Source of the DNA: the human T2T-CHM13v2.0 reference genome, Homo sapiens | Length of the DNA: 64,000 nt | NCBI RefSeq assembly: GCF_009914755.1 | Contig: NC_060947.1 | Strand: one strand, 5' to 3' | Shown: positions 27,511 to 43,770 of the stretch, piece after piece | How the letters are laid out: every line of letters begins with the position of its first letter | Numbering within the stretch: the first letter of the stretch is position 1 | Made by a program: the position numbers and the translations under genes | The notes under the pieces: model-generated | What the model saw: only the letters and a program-made list of their open reading frames with translations | Told to the model about the DNA's origin: nothing | The model's database searches: none

Positions 27511-29998
27511 ACCAAATTTGTTCCTCTTTAAGTACCTGTTCCTGCTGAAAGCCGAGGAGACACCTGGATTGCCCTCTTTCTGTCCCTCCTGACCTCCAAT
27601 GCATCAGCAAGACCTGTGATTGTTTCTAAACCATATTCCCTGATTCCAACCACCTCTTGTGATCTCCACTGCTACCTTTATCTAGATCTTATCTAACACC
27701 AGTGCTTCCCACACTACTATCTGGTCTCCCTGCTTCCACTCTGGCTCTTCATATTTCCTCACCCCTAACTCACGTGTTCCACCAAATGCATTCTCCACAC
27801 AGCAGCCAATTATGTCTTGCCAATCTAGTCTACTTTCAAACTGCATTATAACAAAGCACCAGCAAAAAACCAAACACCTCCAACAAACTTCACCTAGGCT
27901 TTGATAAAGGTCAAGGTTTGCATTTCAAAAATTTTCCTCTTTGGAGTTGCAGAAAAGAAATATTCAGGGCTGAATTTCAGCAACCTTCTTATTAGTATTT
28001 ACAAACTAGTTATACTTGGCTAATTTGTAACACCATTGAAAGTGAGGTTTGGCAATAAGTGTACTTTACATTGTGAACATTAAAAACAAACAAGACATAT
28101 TGTCTGGCAAAATATTTTTTGCTGTTGTTGTTGTTGTTTGAAATTGTATATATTTGAACTACCTTAAAAGATAATCAGAGGAAGTCCCAGGTAGCTGGAC
28201 ATTTAAAAGTTTGTCTTTTTTCTTTGAAAATAATACATGAAACTTGGAAATTGGGAAAACATATTTACTATAATATTCAAGTCAAAGAATGGAGAATTGC
28301 CCAATTAGGGTTTATATAAAATTAGTTTTCAAATTTAAAAAAAAATCCAGACTAAATTATATCTTTATAATGTATAACCCTTAAGAGTTGTTTATATATC
28401 TTCTGGTTGGTTCATAAGCGGAAGAGCTGCTGCACTGTTCAGTATCATTTCCCCATATTTCACTGAGAAATGAAGTTCAGAGAGTAATGAAATTATGTAA
28501 GGGCATACATATTATTTTATAACATCTATAGAATTTACATCTTTGGACTCTCATGCCTAAATTTAATTTCCTATTGGTTTATTATTTCATCTCCGCCTGA
28601 CTTCTGTGTTTTATATCCCAAATTAAATTTCCCACAGATTTCCTTAGGTATATTATTACTCTATAAAATGGCAATAATCTGTTCACTATAGCCAACACTA
28701 TTGCTTAATCATCTTTGTAATTATTTTATCATTTCTCTATTTTTTGTTTTGTAATACACATATTTAGGAAAGGACAAGTAAACCAAATTCCTAAATTGAC
28801 AAAGTACTACGTATAAATTAAACAGAAGTTGGTACAGTCAAGCATGAATCTCTGAATAAAGCCACCAACTTTGAGAAGTGTTTCCAACAACCTCAAGTAC
28901 TTTTTTTCTTCACTCCACTCTTTATAAAACTTGGTGATAAAGGTGTTCACGATGGAACTAAAAGTTATTTGGATTAAAATATTGCTGGTCTGGGATTCAT
29001 GCTTCCCCAAGCAATATTGATTTGCTAGGGGATTTTTTTCTGTTCTTATTCAGTCTTTTTAATTTAAAATATTTTATATTTATGTTGCTTTTTTTCTGAT
29101 GTTTTACTGAATTAATTCTATAGTTTCCAGGCCACGGCAACTACTGTAAGGGTATGGCCCATACTGTCAGATTATATTATTCAGTGTTCCTCTGCTCATC
29201 TCAGATCCTTCAGAGGCTGCTATTTTTACACGTTCTATTACACATCAGGACTTTTAGGTTTTAATTTTAAAGAAGTGTTCCACATTTGAGCCCTCTGATA
29301 TACCCTGAGTTATAGTTACAGTTACAGTTACAGTCAGATAACTTCTCAGAAAAAATGACTTTGTAGTTTGAACATGTTTTCTCCATCCCTCCATGTTAAT
29401 TTTTTCCAGTTCACAAGTGAAAACAAGATTAGTATGCTCTGAATCTACCAGTCAGTATGTTTCATCTTCCACCTCAACATTGAACTGCTTCCTTTCACCT
29501 TATACATCTTTTTAAACAATACATTCAAGGACTTGGAATATAATTGGCAATTTTGTTGATGATGAATGAGGCTGAGCAATATAATGATGCCTTTTGCTAC
29601 TCTATAGTGCTTTCAGTAAAAAGAAATGGCTTGAGGACTAAGAGTATATGAAATATGAGTGAGAGAAAAAGCTCTAAGGTCCTTGATAATAAAGCACCTT
29701 TAAAACGATATCATGAGATGATGTTTCTCCCTACCAAAAAAACCCCAAAAAACTATGTGTGAAAAAAAAATCGGCTCTCTTGTATCAACATCGGGCATTC
29801 ATGCAATTAAAATCTTTTGTATGTGTCTGGTAATGATATCTAATATTTAACAGAGAAAGGCAAAAACTGGTTGAGTATAACTGAATTCTAAACTTGAAGT
29901 CTTTTCTTCCCTACTGGATACCACTGCAGCTCTGCCTCAATGTATGTCTTAGGATTTACCACTTACCTTACTCCAACTTTTTTCAAGATCTATTAAGA

Positions 29999-30311
29999 CA
30001 GTGGTCCCCAGCCTTTTTGGCACCAGGCATGAGTTTTCTGGAAGACAATTTTTCCACAGACTGGGAGGCAGGGGCGGGGGTATGGTTTCGAGATGAAACC
30101 GTTCCACCTCAGATCATCAGGCATTAGTTTCTCATAAAGAGGTCACAACCTAGATCCCTCGCATACATAGTTCACAATAGGGCTTGTGCACCTACGATAA
30201 TCTAATGCCACGACTGATCTGACAGGAGGCAGAGCTCAGGCAGTAATGTTCACTTGCTCACCACTCACCTCCTGCTGTTCCAGTCCATGGTCCAGAGGTT
30301 AGGGATCCCTC
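29999..30311. mobile_element. MER1B hAT-Charlie element
   Basis: cagtggtccccagcctttttggcaccagg...ccacctcagatcatcaggcattag; perfect 8-bp TSD TATTAAGA 29991-29998 / 30312-30319. Confidence 0.93.
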
Positions 30312-30707
30312 TATTAAGACATAGGCTTACATGCATTCACTGAACAATGCTGGCTCCTGAAGAAAGCTTGGGAGTTTTGATAGAAGAGGATTTTAAGGTG
30401 TTTTCCTAAGATATTCTCACAACAGTTTTGGTAATAGGAGCTACTGAAGGAATATATTCACTTAAAGATGCTTTCTTCAAAACAGTAACTTTCAAAGATT
30501 TATAGTTTATAGCATAATCTAGCCAGGCAATCAACCCCATCAACACTCAACCCCATCTGCTCTCAACAAACTGAAATATACAAAATAAATGGACTGCTAA
30601 AAAATCGCTTCCAAATGTAATTTAATAAACTGTAACACCAGTGGGGCTATCTAGAATTTAAAAAAATAACATGGAACTTCTTTATCTGTTATTGTCTATT
30701 TTTTAAA

Positions 30708-31165
<458 letters not shown>

Positions 31166-32310
31166 TGCCATCTATTTTTCTTTAAATAAGCATACCTATT
31201 GGGATCATAGCTCAGCTTCCAGTGCTTAATCATCAAAATCAAAACAAATGATCAAGTATTTATTATTATTTTTACATGTGAGATATATAATACATGCTAG
31301 GGATGATGCAAAGATGCATAAGGCACAAGCGTTGTCAGAGAGTTTACAGCTGAACTGAGGAGACAAGGGATCTGAAAATTAACAAAATATTTCAAGAGTT
31401 AAACAAGAAAGAAAACTTGGGGTCTTAGCTGGGACGTTATAGAGGCTCTTGCTATTTCTAGGATCTGCTTAAAATAAGGTTAAAAATTAATTATTACTTA
31501 TATAATTTTAAAGGTAGACATGTATAACTGTTATATCACTTCCTAGTCCTGACCCTGGCCTTTTCTTAGACTTGTGATTTCCTAAAACTTGGGACAAGAT
31601 GTTAAGGAAAAATATGTAGGCCCGCTCATCCTCCTTTTTTTCCCCTCTTGCTCATGGCAAAGATAATTTTTAAACTAAAATAAACACAAATTGTGTAAGT
31701 ATAACATTTGGATCTCACATCAGACTCACACAAATCTCAGATTCTTATCTAGTACCAATCTTTATTAATGACTGAAAGAATTATAGGGAAGTGCTGGGCA
31801 CAGATAGAACATTATTTCCCTGGGGAACCTGAAATAATCACACATGCGTTTCCAAAACATCCATGTTATTTCCCATTATGATGTGCTTTGGTTTCATATT
31901 AACAGATACGTTTTTAAAAATTTACACAGAAACATTGAAAGGAAATCATTTCAGTCTCAAAAGTTTTCCATTTTATAATCTGTCAATTACAAAAATAGAA
32001 AAACGTTCATGTAGCTATGCCCTATTCTCCAGCCAGCCACGACTCATAAATCCAAACATTCCAGGTTTATTTACAATAAGCTATCTAGCCAGGCCAGGTA
32101 TACCCTACTAAAATCATTTTATAGATAGGGATTTGCAGGTATCTTTCCTCTAGTTAACCACTATTAACAAGATAAACAAGAAGGTCTGGGAGGTCATTAA
32201 CATGTTTATGAAGTGGTCTATTAAGGTCATTTATTCCCTTCACATCCCCCAGGGAATAAGTCACAGACCTGCTGTTAATACCCTTTATTCTCTTTAGTTT
32301 CCTCTTCGTT

Positions 32311-32312
<2 letters not shown>

Positions 32313-32346
<34 letters not shown>

Positions 32347-32400
32347 TATATATATATATATATGTGTGTGTGTCTGTGTATGTATGTATGTGTACATATA
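32313..32400. repeat. compound (CT)n(AT)n(GT)n microsatellite
   Basis: Direct reading. Confidence 0.93.
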
Positions 32401-32664
32401 GATATATGAGTAAAATGTACACAAATTACTTTTAATTGGATGCATAAAGATATTTCCACCTTGAACTTTTGCTGTGCCTGCTCAGCCCCTCCTGCTCTAT
32501 CTAGGATTCATTCTTTTCTATTATTTGATTTTTTTTTTTGGCAGAAAAGTTCTTGTAGTATTGATATAAGTAAGAGCGAGAAAAAACAATTAATCTAGCC
32601 TTTATTTGATAAAGCACTTGTATTTACATATTAACACAGGGTGCCTACATTTTTCGGATAGAGA

Positions 32665-32991
32665 TTTTTCTTTTCTTTCTTCTTTTTTTTTTATTCCTAG
32701 AGACAGAGTCTTGCTGTGTTGCCCAAGCTGGAGTGCAGTGGCACAAACACGGTTCACTATAGCCTCAACTTTCGGCCCCCTGGGCTCAAGCAATCCTCCT
32801 GCCTCAGCATCCTGTGTGCCTGGGACCACAAGCACATGCCACCATGCCAAGGATTTTTTTTTTTTTTTTTTTGTAGAGACCAGGTATCATTTTGTTGCTC
32901 AGGCTGGCTTCGAACTCCTGGGCTTAAGTGTTCCTTCTGCTTTGACCCCCCAAAGTGCTGGGATTACACGCTTGAGACACTGTGCCCAGCT
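32665..32991 (-). mobile_element. AluJ
   Basis: Diverged reverse dimer (tgggctcaagcaatcctcc); TSD about TTC(G/A)GA(T/C)AGAGATTTTTCTT. Confidence 0.9.
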
Positions 32992-33162
32992 ATATTCAGA
33001 CAGAGATTTTTCTTAATCTTCAGAAAACATAAGCCATTATTTATCTTCAAAAACATATTAATTGCCCAGATTGCTTTTGTAATTTTGAGTCATTATGAGA
33101 AAAAGTATGAGAAATACTTCTTTTGCACCATGTAGTTATAATGATAAAAAATAAAGACTAAA

Positions 33163-33226
33163 GAATATCACTCTGCAATAATGAATATCATTCTGCAATA
33201 AGAATAAAGTATCATTCTGCAATAAG
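33163..33226. repeat. three tandem copies of a 20-24 nt unit containing ATCA(C/T)TCTGCAATAA
   Basis: Direct reading. Confidence 0.9.
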
Positions 33227-33624
33227 ATGAAATGTTCTGCATGTAATACATGGGCAGACTCAGTATTCCCCCAGCTCAAGGCTTGGGAGAAATTGTGACT
33301 TATAGCCACAGACCATATATATTTGCCTAGTAAAGCTAGAACCATAGGCCTCTGGCTTAAGGGAAGGATGAGACGATCTGTTCTGGAATGGGGGGCGGGG
33401 GGTGGTGTCAAAATCAAGGACATGCACAAATGTTGCAAAGGCTCCTGCAGAGCACTTCTTGTCCATCTAAATTGACCACGCGCTACCTTTCAGAAAGACT
33501 TACAATTGAGGGTATGAAGAGAAACACATTCCATGACATTTATTAAGTATGGTCTTGGCCATACTCTCTATCTTAGGGAAGCCCTGATGGAGGTGGTGGA
33601 ATATGACTTAGAAATCCTTTGCTT

Positions 33625-35249
<1,625 letters not shown>

Positions 35250-35644
35250 GGGGGGAGATCTCATTTTAATTGATTTAGACCAGAATCAAACATTTTAAAA
35301 ATTAAAAAAAAAAAAAAGAAATACTTTGTTTTCTCAGCCTGCAGGGAGGTAGAAGAGTGCTTACATCAGGGCTGGCCAAGTTTTTGTTTCATTTTGTTTT
35401 TTGTTCCCCTTTATTGCCCAAAGCAGCAAAGAGTAACTTAGGTCTCTGCAACTTGATTGCGAAGATACGCCAAGGAAAATCCACCTAACAGTGCAGGGAA
35501 GGACTACTAGAGTAGTTTTGGTGATGCCCAAGATGGCAGCCTCACAGTGGTGGATTGGCCACATTTGGTTATACAAATGGCCAGTTTTCAATCAAAAACA
35601 TTAGAAAGTTGAAACAGCTAGAAGCAATAGCTGAGATGATGATG

Positions 35645-35853
35645 ATTATTTTATTTGATTTATTTATTTTTATTCGTATAAATTTCTGAGGTACAAGTGC
35701 AGTTTTGTTACAGGGATGTATTGCATAGTGGTGAACCTGGGCTTTTAGTGTATCCATCACCAAAGTAGTGCACCTTGTACCCATTAAGTAATGTCTCATT
35801 ATCCACCCCTCACCCAGCATTCTGCCCTTCTGAATCTCCAATGTCTATCCTTC
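35645..35853 (-). mobile_element. L1 3' end (L1PB4/L1MA-like)
   Basis: ggtacaagtgcagttttgttac...gcatagtggtgaacctgggcttttagtgtatccatcacc. Confidence 0.85.
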
Positions 35854-35901
35854 TTATCATGATGATTTTAAGTATCAATTCTCCCCCCTCCCCTTTATTA
35901 G

Positions 35902-36296
<395 letters not shown>

Positions 36297-36879
36297 TAAT
36301 AAGTGGAGTGTTATAAGGATTAAATGGGAAGATACAGATGAAACACTTTGTCATTTAGCACATAGTAGGCACACATTAAACTTTGCTTTTCTTCCTGTCT
36401 AGCAGATTACATGGACTTATCTATGAGACACACTGTTTACAGAAAACTCATGAACAAGAAATAGTGACCAAAAGGAAAGAAAACAACAAAACGATTCCTT
36501 CTAAAGCAACAAAGAAGCAAGTTAAAAATTACACATTGCACTGACCATCTGACATGCAATGGCTTTGGGGACCAAGATGGATGTGGATAAGCTGAGAAAG
36601 AAAAACAGAAAAAAGCAGTTGAGAGTTTCAGGAAGAGCAGCGAGGCTTTTCAGTTTCATCCCCCCAGGAGTTAATGGTATCACAGAAAACGTGATCATTT
36701 GCCGAATGCCGACAGTGAGCTAAGTCTCATCTAGGACCTGCTCTTAGAAGCTTTCCAGAGTCAATATCCAGAGATACTGTTTTTCTATCTTGTACAACGG
36801 TTTAAAAAATTTGCAACGTGACAGCACTGATTTATACAATGCACTCACAGTCTATTTCTTTAAAAAAGAATACATACAC

Positions 36880-36934
<55 letters not shown>
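36880..36934. repeat. (GA)n microsatellite
   Basis: Direct reading; (UC)n in the DMD pre-mRNA. Confidence 0.97.
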
Positions 36935-36937
<3 letters not shown>

Positions 36938-39269
36938 TGTTTTACCGTGTTAACATTTTTCCTGAAGAAAGTATTTAATACCCTCTCCCTACCCCCTACT
37001 CCCCCACCCTATCCCCTGGAAGGAAGGAGGGGAAGACTGAATGGGATTTGGAGTTTTCCCACTGAGAAAGGGGCATTTTCTGCAACCAGGTCAGTGTTCA
37101 AAGGACTAATGCTCTAAGGAAATTATCCCAAAGAAGAGAGAGGCAGTTCAGGGTTATTAAGTTATTTTAAAACATTGCCTGGGCTGTTGCTGCTGACCTT
37201 TGTGAAGGGAACAGGATGCTGCTTCCCAGGGGAACAGAATAAGAAGCAATTAGAGAAGCCTAGGAGAGGCCCAGGAATGTTTGGGAATTCACACATACCC
37301 CAAATTACGTGGGAACGCTAAGAATGAAAATAAACTAACTTTGATTAGGGACATATTTGGGTTCTAGAAAATATTCTAAAAATGCAGCTCACACTGGGGC
37401 TATATCTCTATGAGTGTTTTCCTAAAAACCTGAACACTCAGTATCTAATAGAGGTCAATAAGACTTCAATCCAGTTTCAGAGGAGAAAAGGAAAGCCAAT
37501 TAACATTTCTTAAGCAATATTCCTTATGTGTCATAAAGTAGAATGGGTGTCACGTTAAGCAAATGGCTCAAACGAACAGAGTTGGGATATGATACAGTTG
37601 TTTCAAATGCAGATTTATTTGATGTGACTACTGGTTTTTTTCTAACACGTGATTATGTAAGAAAGTGCATGTTTAAGAAAGTTAGAAAAAGAAAATGGGG
37701 AAATAGCTGAAATAATTTACTCCTCTTCTTTTGGATAAACCAACTTGAATATGTTCTATGCTCATTCTCACATTTCCAAAAGTGCCACGAATGAGGCAGG
37801 GAATGCTATACCATGTGTATTATAATACAGGATTATTTTCCCCATACACACATTAAATTTTAGCTGCCACATGTATAGGTGTATGTATATATGTTGCCAC
37901 CTTTCCACATGACATATGCCATATAGAATGTTACAACATTTTTCTGTAAAATAAAAATGTATCATTGATGACATTCTGTTAAGACTCAGTGGCTACTATA
38001 TCCTGGCCCAAAAAGTAGGTCCTGTCCACAATGCTCAGTGAAAAACAGTAGTTGATCAATTTAAAGCTCTATTGACCACTAGAAAACCAGAAGAAGCCTC
38101 ATGAATGATATTTAGGAAAAACAGACTCTAGTTCTACTGAAACAAAGCTAGAGCTGAGAGTGGTCCCAGGCATTATCTAGTTCAACCTTCTCATTGAGGT
38201 TGAGCTAAGTTATACTCCTTATCATATTGTTAGATTAAGATAGAACGGAATCTAGAACTCATGTTTTGGTATGTACCATTCATACATCCATGCCAAGGAC
38301 TGTCCCTTAAGCACCAAACTGTAGGAGCTATGAGAAACTCTATCAAACACTCGGCATGCTTCCTAACACTAAAGTTCATGTCTAGAGGGCATGAGAGATG
38401 GATTTGAGTGGTAAATCTAAATTGACACACAAATACTACAAGATTGTTTTGAAGGTGAAATGAGTCAGCAAACTGAAAAGCACATAGAATTACTGACATA
38501 TGTTCATGAATTCATTCCAATATTTACCAAGTACCTGTTATCTGTGAGGCACTATGCTAGAAAAAGAGATAACAACAGCTATCCTCCTGGAGTCTGTTAT
38601 TTCAGTCAAGGTGATACAAATCAGCTTATGAAACTACAAAAAAGGATGTGAGGGTTTTTTTCATGAACCTATGAGACACAGATGATATCAACATCTACAT
38701 CTCCCAACAAGATCTATAAAACCAAAACCAGACTCAGTACTCTGCACAACACTATGGCACCCCTTTCACTCTCTTTCAGTTAATATCTTAACCTGAATTG
38801 TTTTCATGATTATATCATCAATAATGTATTACCAACTATTCCTTCATTGTGGTTCCAGAGCTTACTGAGACTCAGGTAACGTGACCTTTGAAACCATCAA
38901 ATGGCAGAGGAGAAAACACAGCAGAGAAGATTGACCTCTGGGTTATCTTTGTGTACTAAAGCCTTTTGAAAAGTCAGAGCATCAGGCTTTTGGCAGTGAT
39001 TTCAAAAATTTAATTACCCCGAATCATTCACCAGCATCCTCAAAGACTGACAGATCAAATTAGACAGCTGATTCTCTGTTGCATCCACTTCTTATCATCA
39101 ATAGTGCTAAATAGTTAAGTGAAACATTTAATATTATTTGTCCTTTCTATCCCGATAAGATTGATGGTGCAATAAGAATCCTCAAGGGCAATATGAAGAT
39201 TCATTTTCACTTCTCTGGAAAATGATCACAAACAATTTCTATTTCGAAGTCAACATTCACAAAATCAGA

Positions 39270-39440
39270 AAATGTTAGTACTGGAAATGACCTATGATAT
39301 CATGTCATTCTGCTTCCTTAAATGACAGAGGGAGAAACTGAGGCCCACAGAAAATAAGCAATTTCCCATTGGTCAAGTATTAATAGCTAGGTGACAGTAA
39401 AGCTGGAACTAGAATTCAAGTCTTGCGATGCCTAGCCTAT
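39270..39440 (-). mobile_element. MIR
   Basis: acagagggagaaactgaggcccacagaaa...aagctggaactagaattcaagtct. Confidence 0.7.
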
Positions 39441-39667
39441 TTAAAATTTCCCCTATTTAATGTTGTCTTAGCTGCTAAAAGGTATATTTTGAAGAAAAAT
39501 ATACATAAGAAGGATCTTACCAGAAATAGCACAAAATTATATACTACATGATGTGTTCACATTGTATGAAAGATTATGACAAAATTCAACTGATTTTCAA
39601 ACCCAATGTCAGAAGACTTGTATCATTCTTAGAAGAGTGAGGTGTCTGGAATAAGAAATGAGGAAAT

Positions 39668-39967
39668 TTTTTTTTTTTTTTTTTTTTGAGGCAGAGTCTT
39701 GCTCTGTCACCCAGGCTGGAGTGCAGTGGCGCGATCTCGTCCACTGCATGCTCCGCTTCCCGGGTTTACGCCATTCTCCTGCCTCAGCCTCCCAAGTAGC
39801 TGGGACTACAGGCGCCCGCCACCACGCCCAGCTAATTTTTTGTATTTTTAGTAGAGACGGGGTTTCACCATGTTAGCCAGGATGGTCTCCATCTCCTGAC
39901 CTCGTGATCTGCCTGCCTCAGCCTCCCAAAGTGCTGGGATTACAGGCGTGAGCCACCGCACCCGGCC
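39668..39967 (-). mobile_element. AluY
   Basis: acgccattctcc, ttagccaggatggtc, CpG-rich; TSD TGAGGAAAT. Confidence 0.95.
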
Positions 39968-41199
39968 TGAGGAAATGTTTTCTATGTTGATATCATACTC
40001 CAGTTTCTTTATAATAAGAGCCCATCTCATTGTCAGAAGACGTGTCTACTGCAAACCAGCCAACACAGGGATATTTAACACGTTGATTGCTGTTAAGGCT
40101 AAGATGTAGTTAGGCACTGCTCCCTCTGTATATAAATACAGGTACTGAAATAGCAATCAATATTATGAAGGAAGAAATCAACCAACCAAAACTTGAATTG
40201 GAGCAATGCCTGGTACCAACAGGGGCTAGAACAAGAATGAGAGCAAGATATGCTTTAAGCATGGGACATATTTGGAATCCGAAAAAATTGCCATGAAAGT
40301 AGTAATAGAGGCAATACAGTAGGGGGCAGGGGAAGGTGGTGTCAAGATTCAGATGCTACTGGAGTTAGGGGAACACTGGTACTAAAAACCAGACCAAGAT
40401 CCGTGAGTTCAAACCAGAATGTAGACCAACAGGATACAGAGAGCCACATATACCAAAAGGTAAATCTAGACAGATGGCCACAGTTCCAGGCAGAGAGTCA
40501 AATACTCGTACAAATAGAGCTATAGGAATGGTAGGCCATAAGAAGACAGGACAGTCAGAACCCAAATCAGCAATTTTGTCAGCACAAACAGCAACAGTAA
40601 CAAGAAATGTTGACTGAAGCAACTGTTAACTTCATCCAATAAGGTTTTATATCGCATTTTGCTAAGCAGGAAGCAGCAGAAAGTTGTGAGCAAAACTCAG
40701 ATGCAATAAATGGTTGTGGAAACATGCCTGAGATTGAGAGTGAAGAGAAGGGTCGATCAAGGTCATCAGGCAACATATACAGCAATGTATATACAACATT
40801 CAAAATTACCAGCAGGAAAAGATAAACACTCCTTTGGACATGAGTTGCTTCTTGAGCATTGCATGTAAAAAAAGCTGAGCAGTTAGCAAGTTCCCAAGAA
40901 CCCCATCTTTCACTCTTCTGTGAAGGGCTTCAGAGATATTTCGAAAGGGAACCTGATGAAATGCATTACTGCTGATGGAGTCAGCAGGTTTACTCCTGAG
41001 TTTCATTAGTGAATTCTTCCCAATATTTAGCAACCACAGCGTCTTTGAAGGAGGAAAGGACCAGCTTGTCTAAAAATCAAATCCTTCCTAAGGGACAGCT
41101 GGCAGAAATATAAGGTCAAACACTTTTGCTGGTATTACAGAAAAGTAGCAGAAAACCAACCTTCGGCTAGAACTAATATATGCAGAAGAGGTTATGACC

Positions 41200-41880
41200 T
41201 CAATTGATCTCTCCATTTCTGCACCAATGGGAGACAGCAAATAACATTTACTTTCTTCATGAGTGAGTGGAAACTAGAGACAATGCTAACAAATTTCATA
41301 ACCAATATTTGGGCCACCCTAGTCACGACATCCCAAAGAAGATATAACAGAGCTGGAAAAGATCCAGGGAAAAACAACTAAGATAATCAAGGGGAAAGCT
41401 TATCTTTCCGTCAAGGACAGACTAAAAGACTAAAAAGGATTAGAATTTCTCAGACTGGGAAGATGAAAATGAAAAGCATTAGTAGGGGAATGTGAGGCTA
41501 AAGTCGACTCTGGATAAATATAAATGTTTTTACTGAATTTCAAAGAATTTAATTAAGGCCATTCCTTGAGGTTAAAGGATGCAGATTCAAGAGAAATTAA
41601 AATGCCTATATTTATATAGAAGTCGGTACATTTATGGAACATATTATTATTAAGACAAAGCTGAAGTGGGGAATAGGAAAAGTTTGACACCATTGGATAA
41701 ACTCACTGCCAGTTGATTTACAATGCATTATTAAGAAGTGGTCATGATGTATCCGAATTTTTAAGGTAAAATGTACTAGGTTACCTGACAAAACAACCAT
41801 TGGTATCTTCATCTGGGACAGAGTTCCGGGCTAGTTGCCCTGTTGGTCTGACCCAGTGTGATATTTCTTATGCTTTTATT
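41200..41880 (+). mobile_element. ancient CR1/L3 (Plat_L3-like) ORF2 end and 3' UTR
   Basis: From 41323 translates SRHPKEDITELEKIQGKTTKIIKG (CR1 consensus about SPHLKKDIxELEKVQRRATKMIKG); CR1-type terminus ttggtctgacccagtgtgatatttcttatg. Confidence 0.78.
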
Positions 41881-43459
41881 ATGACATCTATACTGGAACA
41901 TCCTGCATGCATGTTTGGGATTCCTAAATTCTTTTGACAGTCCAGAATACAGAAGAACAATTTTCTAACTCATTAAGAAAGCAAGAGAGTCCCAGCTCTT
42001 GGCTCTGTTTGGTTTACCCATATGGGAGCATGCAACATAAAAAGGTGAAAGAAATCCTAACAGAATGCAGCAGCTGGTTAAAGGCTATTATATTGAAATT
42101 TTCATGAGTTTGACAGTAGGCCAAAAAACTACAAAATGGCAGAGAGTAGAAAAGGCAGTTGTAACAGGTTGAACATTGTTGGTGATTATTTTTTCAGTGG
42201 CAATGAAAGCTGTAATCAAATAACCTGAAAGAGATGCTGGCAGGAATAAGGGAGCCCCAAGGGAGAGGGAATATGAAAACTGTAACAATGATGTATGCTG
42301 TGGACAAATAAACTAGACAAACACGTAGTTTGAAGTATCAAAATCAAGGTTCTTAGCCTCATATGAAAAGCTGATGTCAGGATGCAGGCATAAACACTGC
42401 CTGATTTGCAAACTAGAGCAAAAGATGTTAATGACTTAAAATCTCAAGAATGAGTGCACAATTCAACAACCAACAGGAACTGTGCCACTGGTATAGAAAC
42501 CTCTTGTTATGTGGGCGATCCCTTTATCCCAGCATTGAAAAGAAAAAGTTACAAAGCATTAAAAACATAGCCAGAGAAGACACCTGGTTTTGCAGCTGGG
42601 CATCTGTGGTAAAAACTCTTGACTGGAAGTCAAGACAAACAAGATAAAAAAGAGGAAAAATGAGGACTGGTTGAAGCACTGTCACTGTAAACGTATTTTT
42701 GTTCTTTTTAGACCAAGACGGCATCTCAGATTATGAACGGCATTAAGCTGTGCATAAAGTCCACCGAACCTTGTACATCAAATTAATTTGGTTTCCATAG
42801 AACATTTTAGATAATAGTAATGGCTAATAAGACACAAGTGCCATTAATCATCTGCTTACTGACAATGTTCATTTTATAAACATGTATGTTTTCCCTATAT
42901 TACAGTTTAACATTTTACACTCATATTTGAGAAATTATACCATCCCTAATTTCAAAGAGATTATAATTGTAGAGAGAATTGCTCTCCATAAGGTTTCAGA
43001 GATATTTTTGAGAAATTACGTAATTTCCTCATTTCAAGGAACTGATTATTTCAGAGGCTTTTAAGGTCTCCATACTCACCTTTTGGCAAATTTTCCTGCC
43101 TATTGTTCTCTCTCTCTTATCATGAGCCAGGAAGCATAATAATCCTAAATTATATACCAAGATTTGAGCTCTTTAAAGAGGTGTGTGGTGAAATTGGAGT
43201 GGGTTGATAGGGCATATCTAAAGCTAATTAAACAGTGGAAAAATAAAATTCCTGTTTTTTAAAGTAAGAATTTACATTATGTTCATTAAAATAATGAATT
43301 TTAAAAATAAAGATATTATCGAACAAAAGCTGAGATCTTCGGTTTTTAAGTTTGGACAGGACAACTGAATGAGTCATGCTCATTACGTCTTAGAGCTAAA
43401 AAGGATCTTAGATATCATCTAGTCCAACTCTTTATTTTATAAATTAGAAACCAAGGTTT

Positions 43460-43770
43460 GGCTGGGCATGGTGGCTCAAGCCTGTAATCCCAGCACTTTG
43501 GGAGGCCGAGGCGGGTGGATCACCTGAGGTCAGGAGTTCGAGACGAGCCTGACCAATATGGTGAAACCTCGTCTCTACTAAAAATACAAAAATTAGCCAA
43601 GCATGGTGGCAGGTGCCTGTAGTCTCAGCTACTCGGGAGCTAAGACGAAAGAATTGCTTGAACCCGGGAGGCAGGGGTTGCAGTGAGCCGAGATCGGGCC
43701 ACTGCACTCCAGCCTGGGCAACAGAGTGAAACTCCATCTCAAAAAAAAAAAAAAAAAAAAAAAAAAAGAA
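43460..43770 (+). mobile_element. AluS inserted in a reverse MIR (about 43375-43900)
   Basis: TSD AGAAACCAAG(G/A)TTT 43446-43459 / 43771-43784. Confidence 0.95.

Noticed and set aside
42690-42790. Plus-strand acceptor-like ttgttctttttag followed by a short open frame
   Set aside because: Antisense to DMD, stops quickly in all frames, no matching donor
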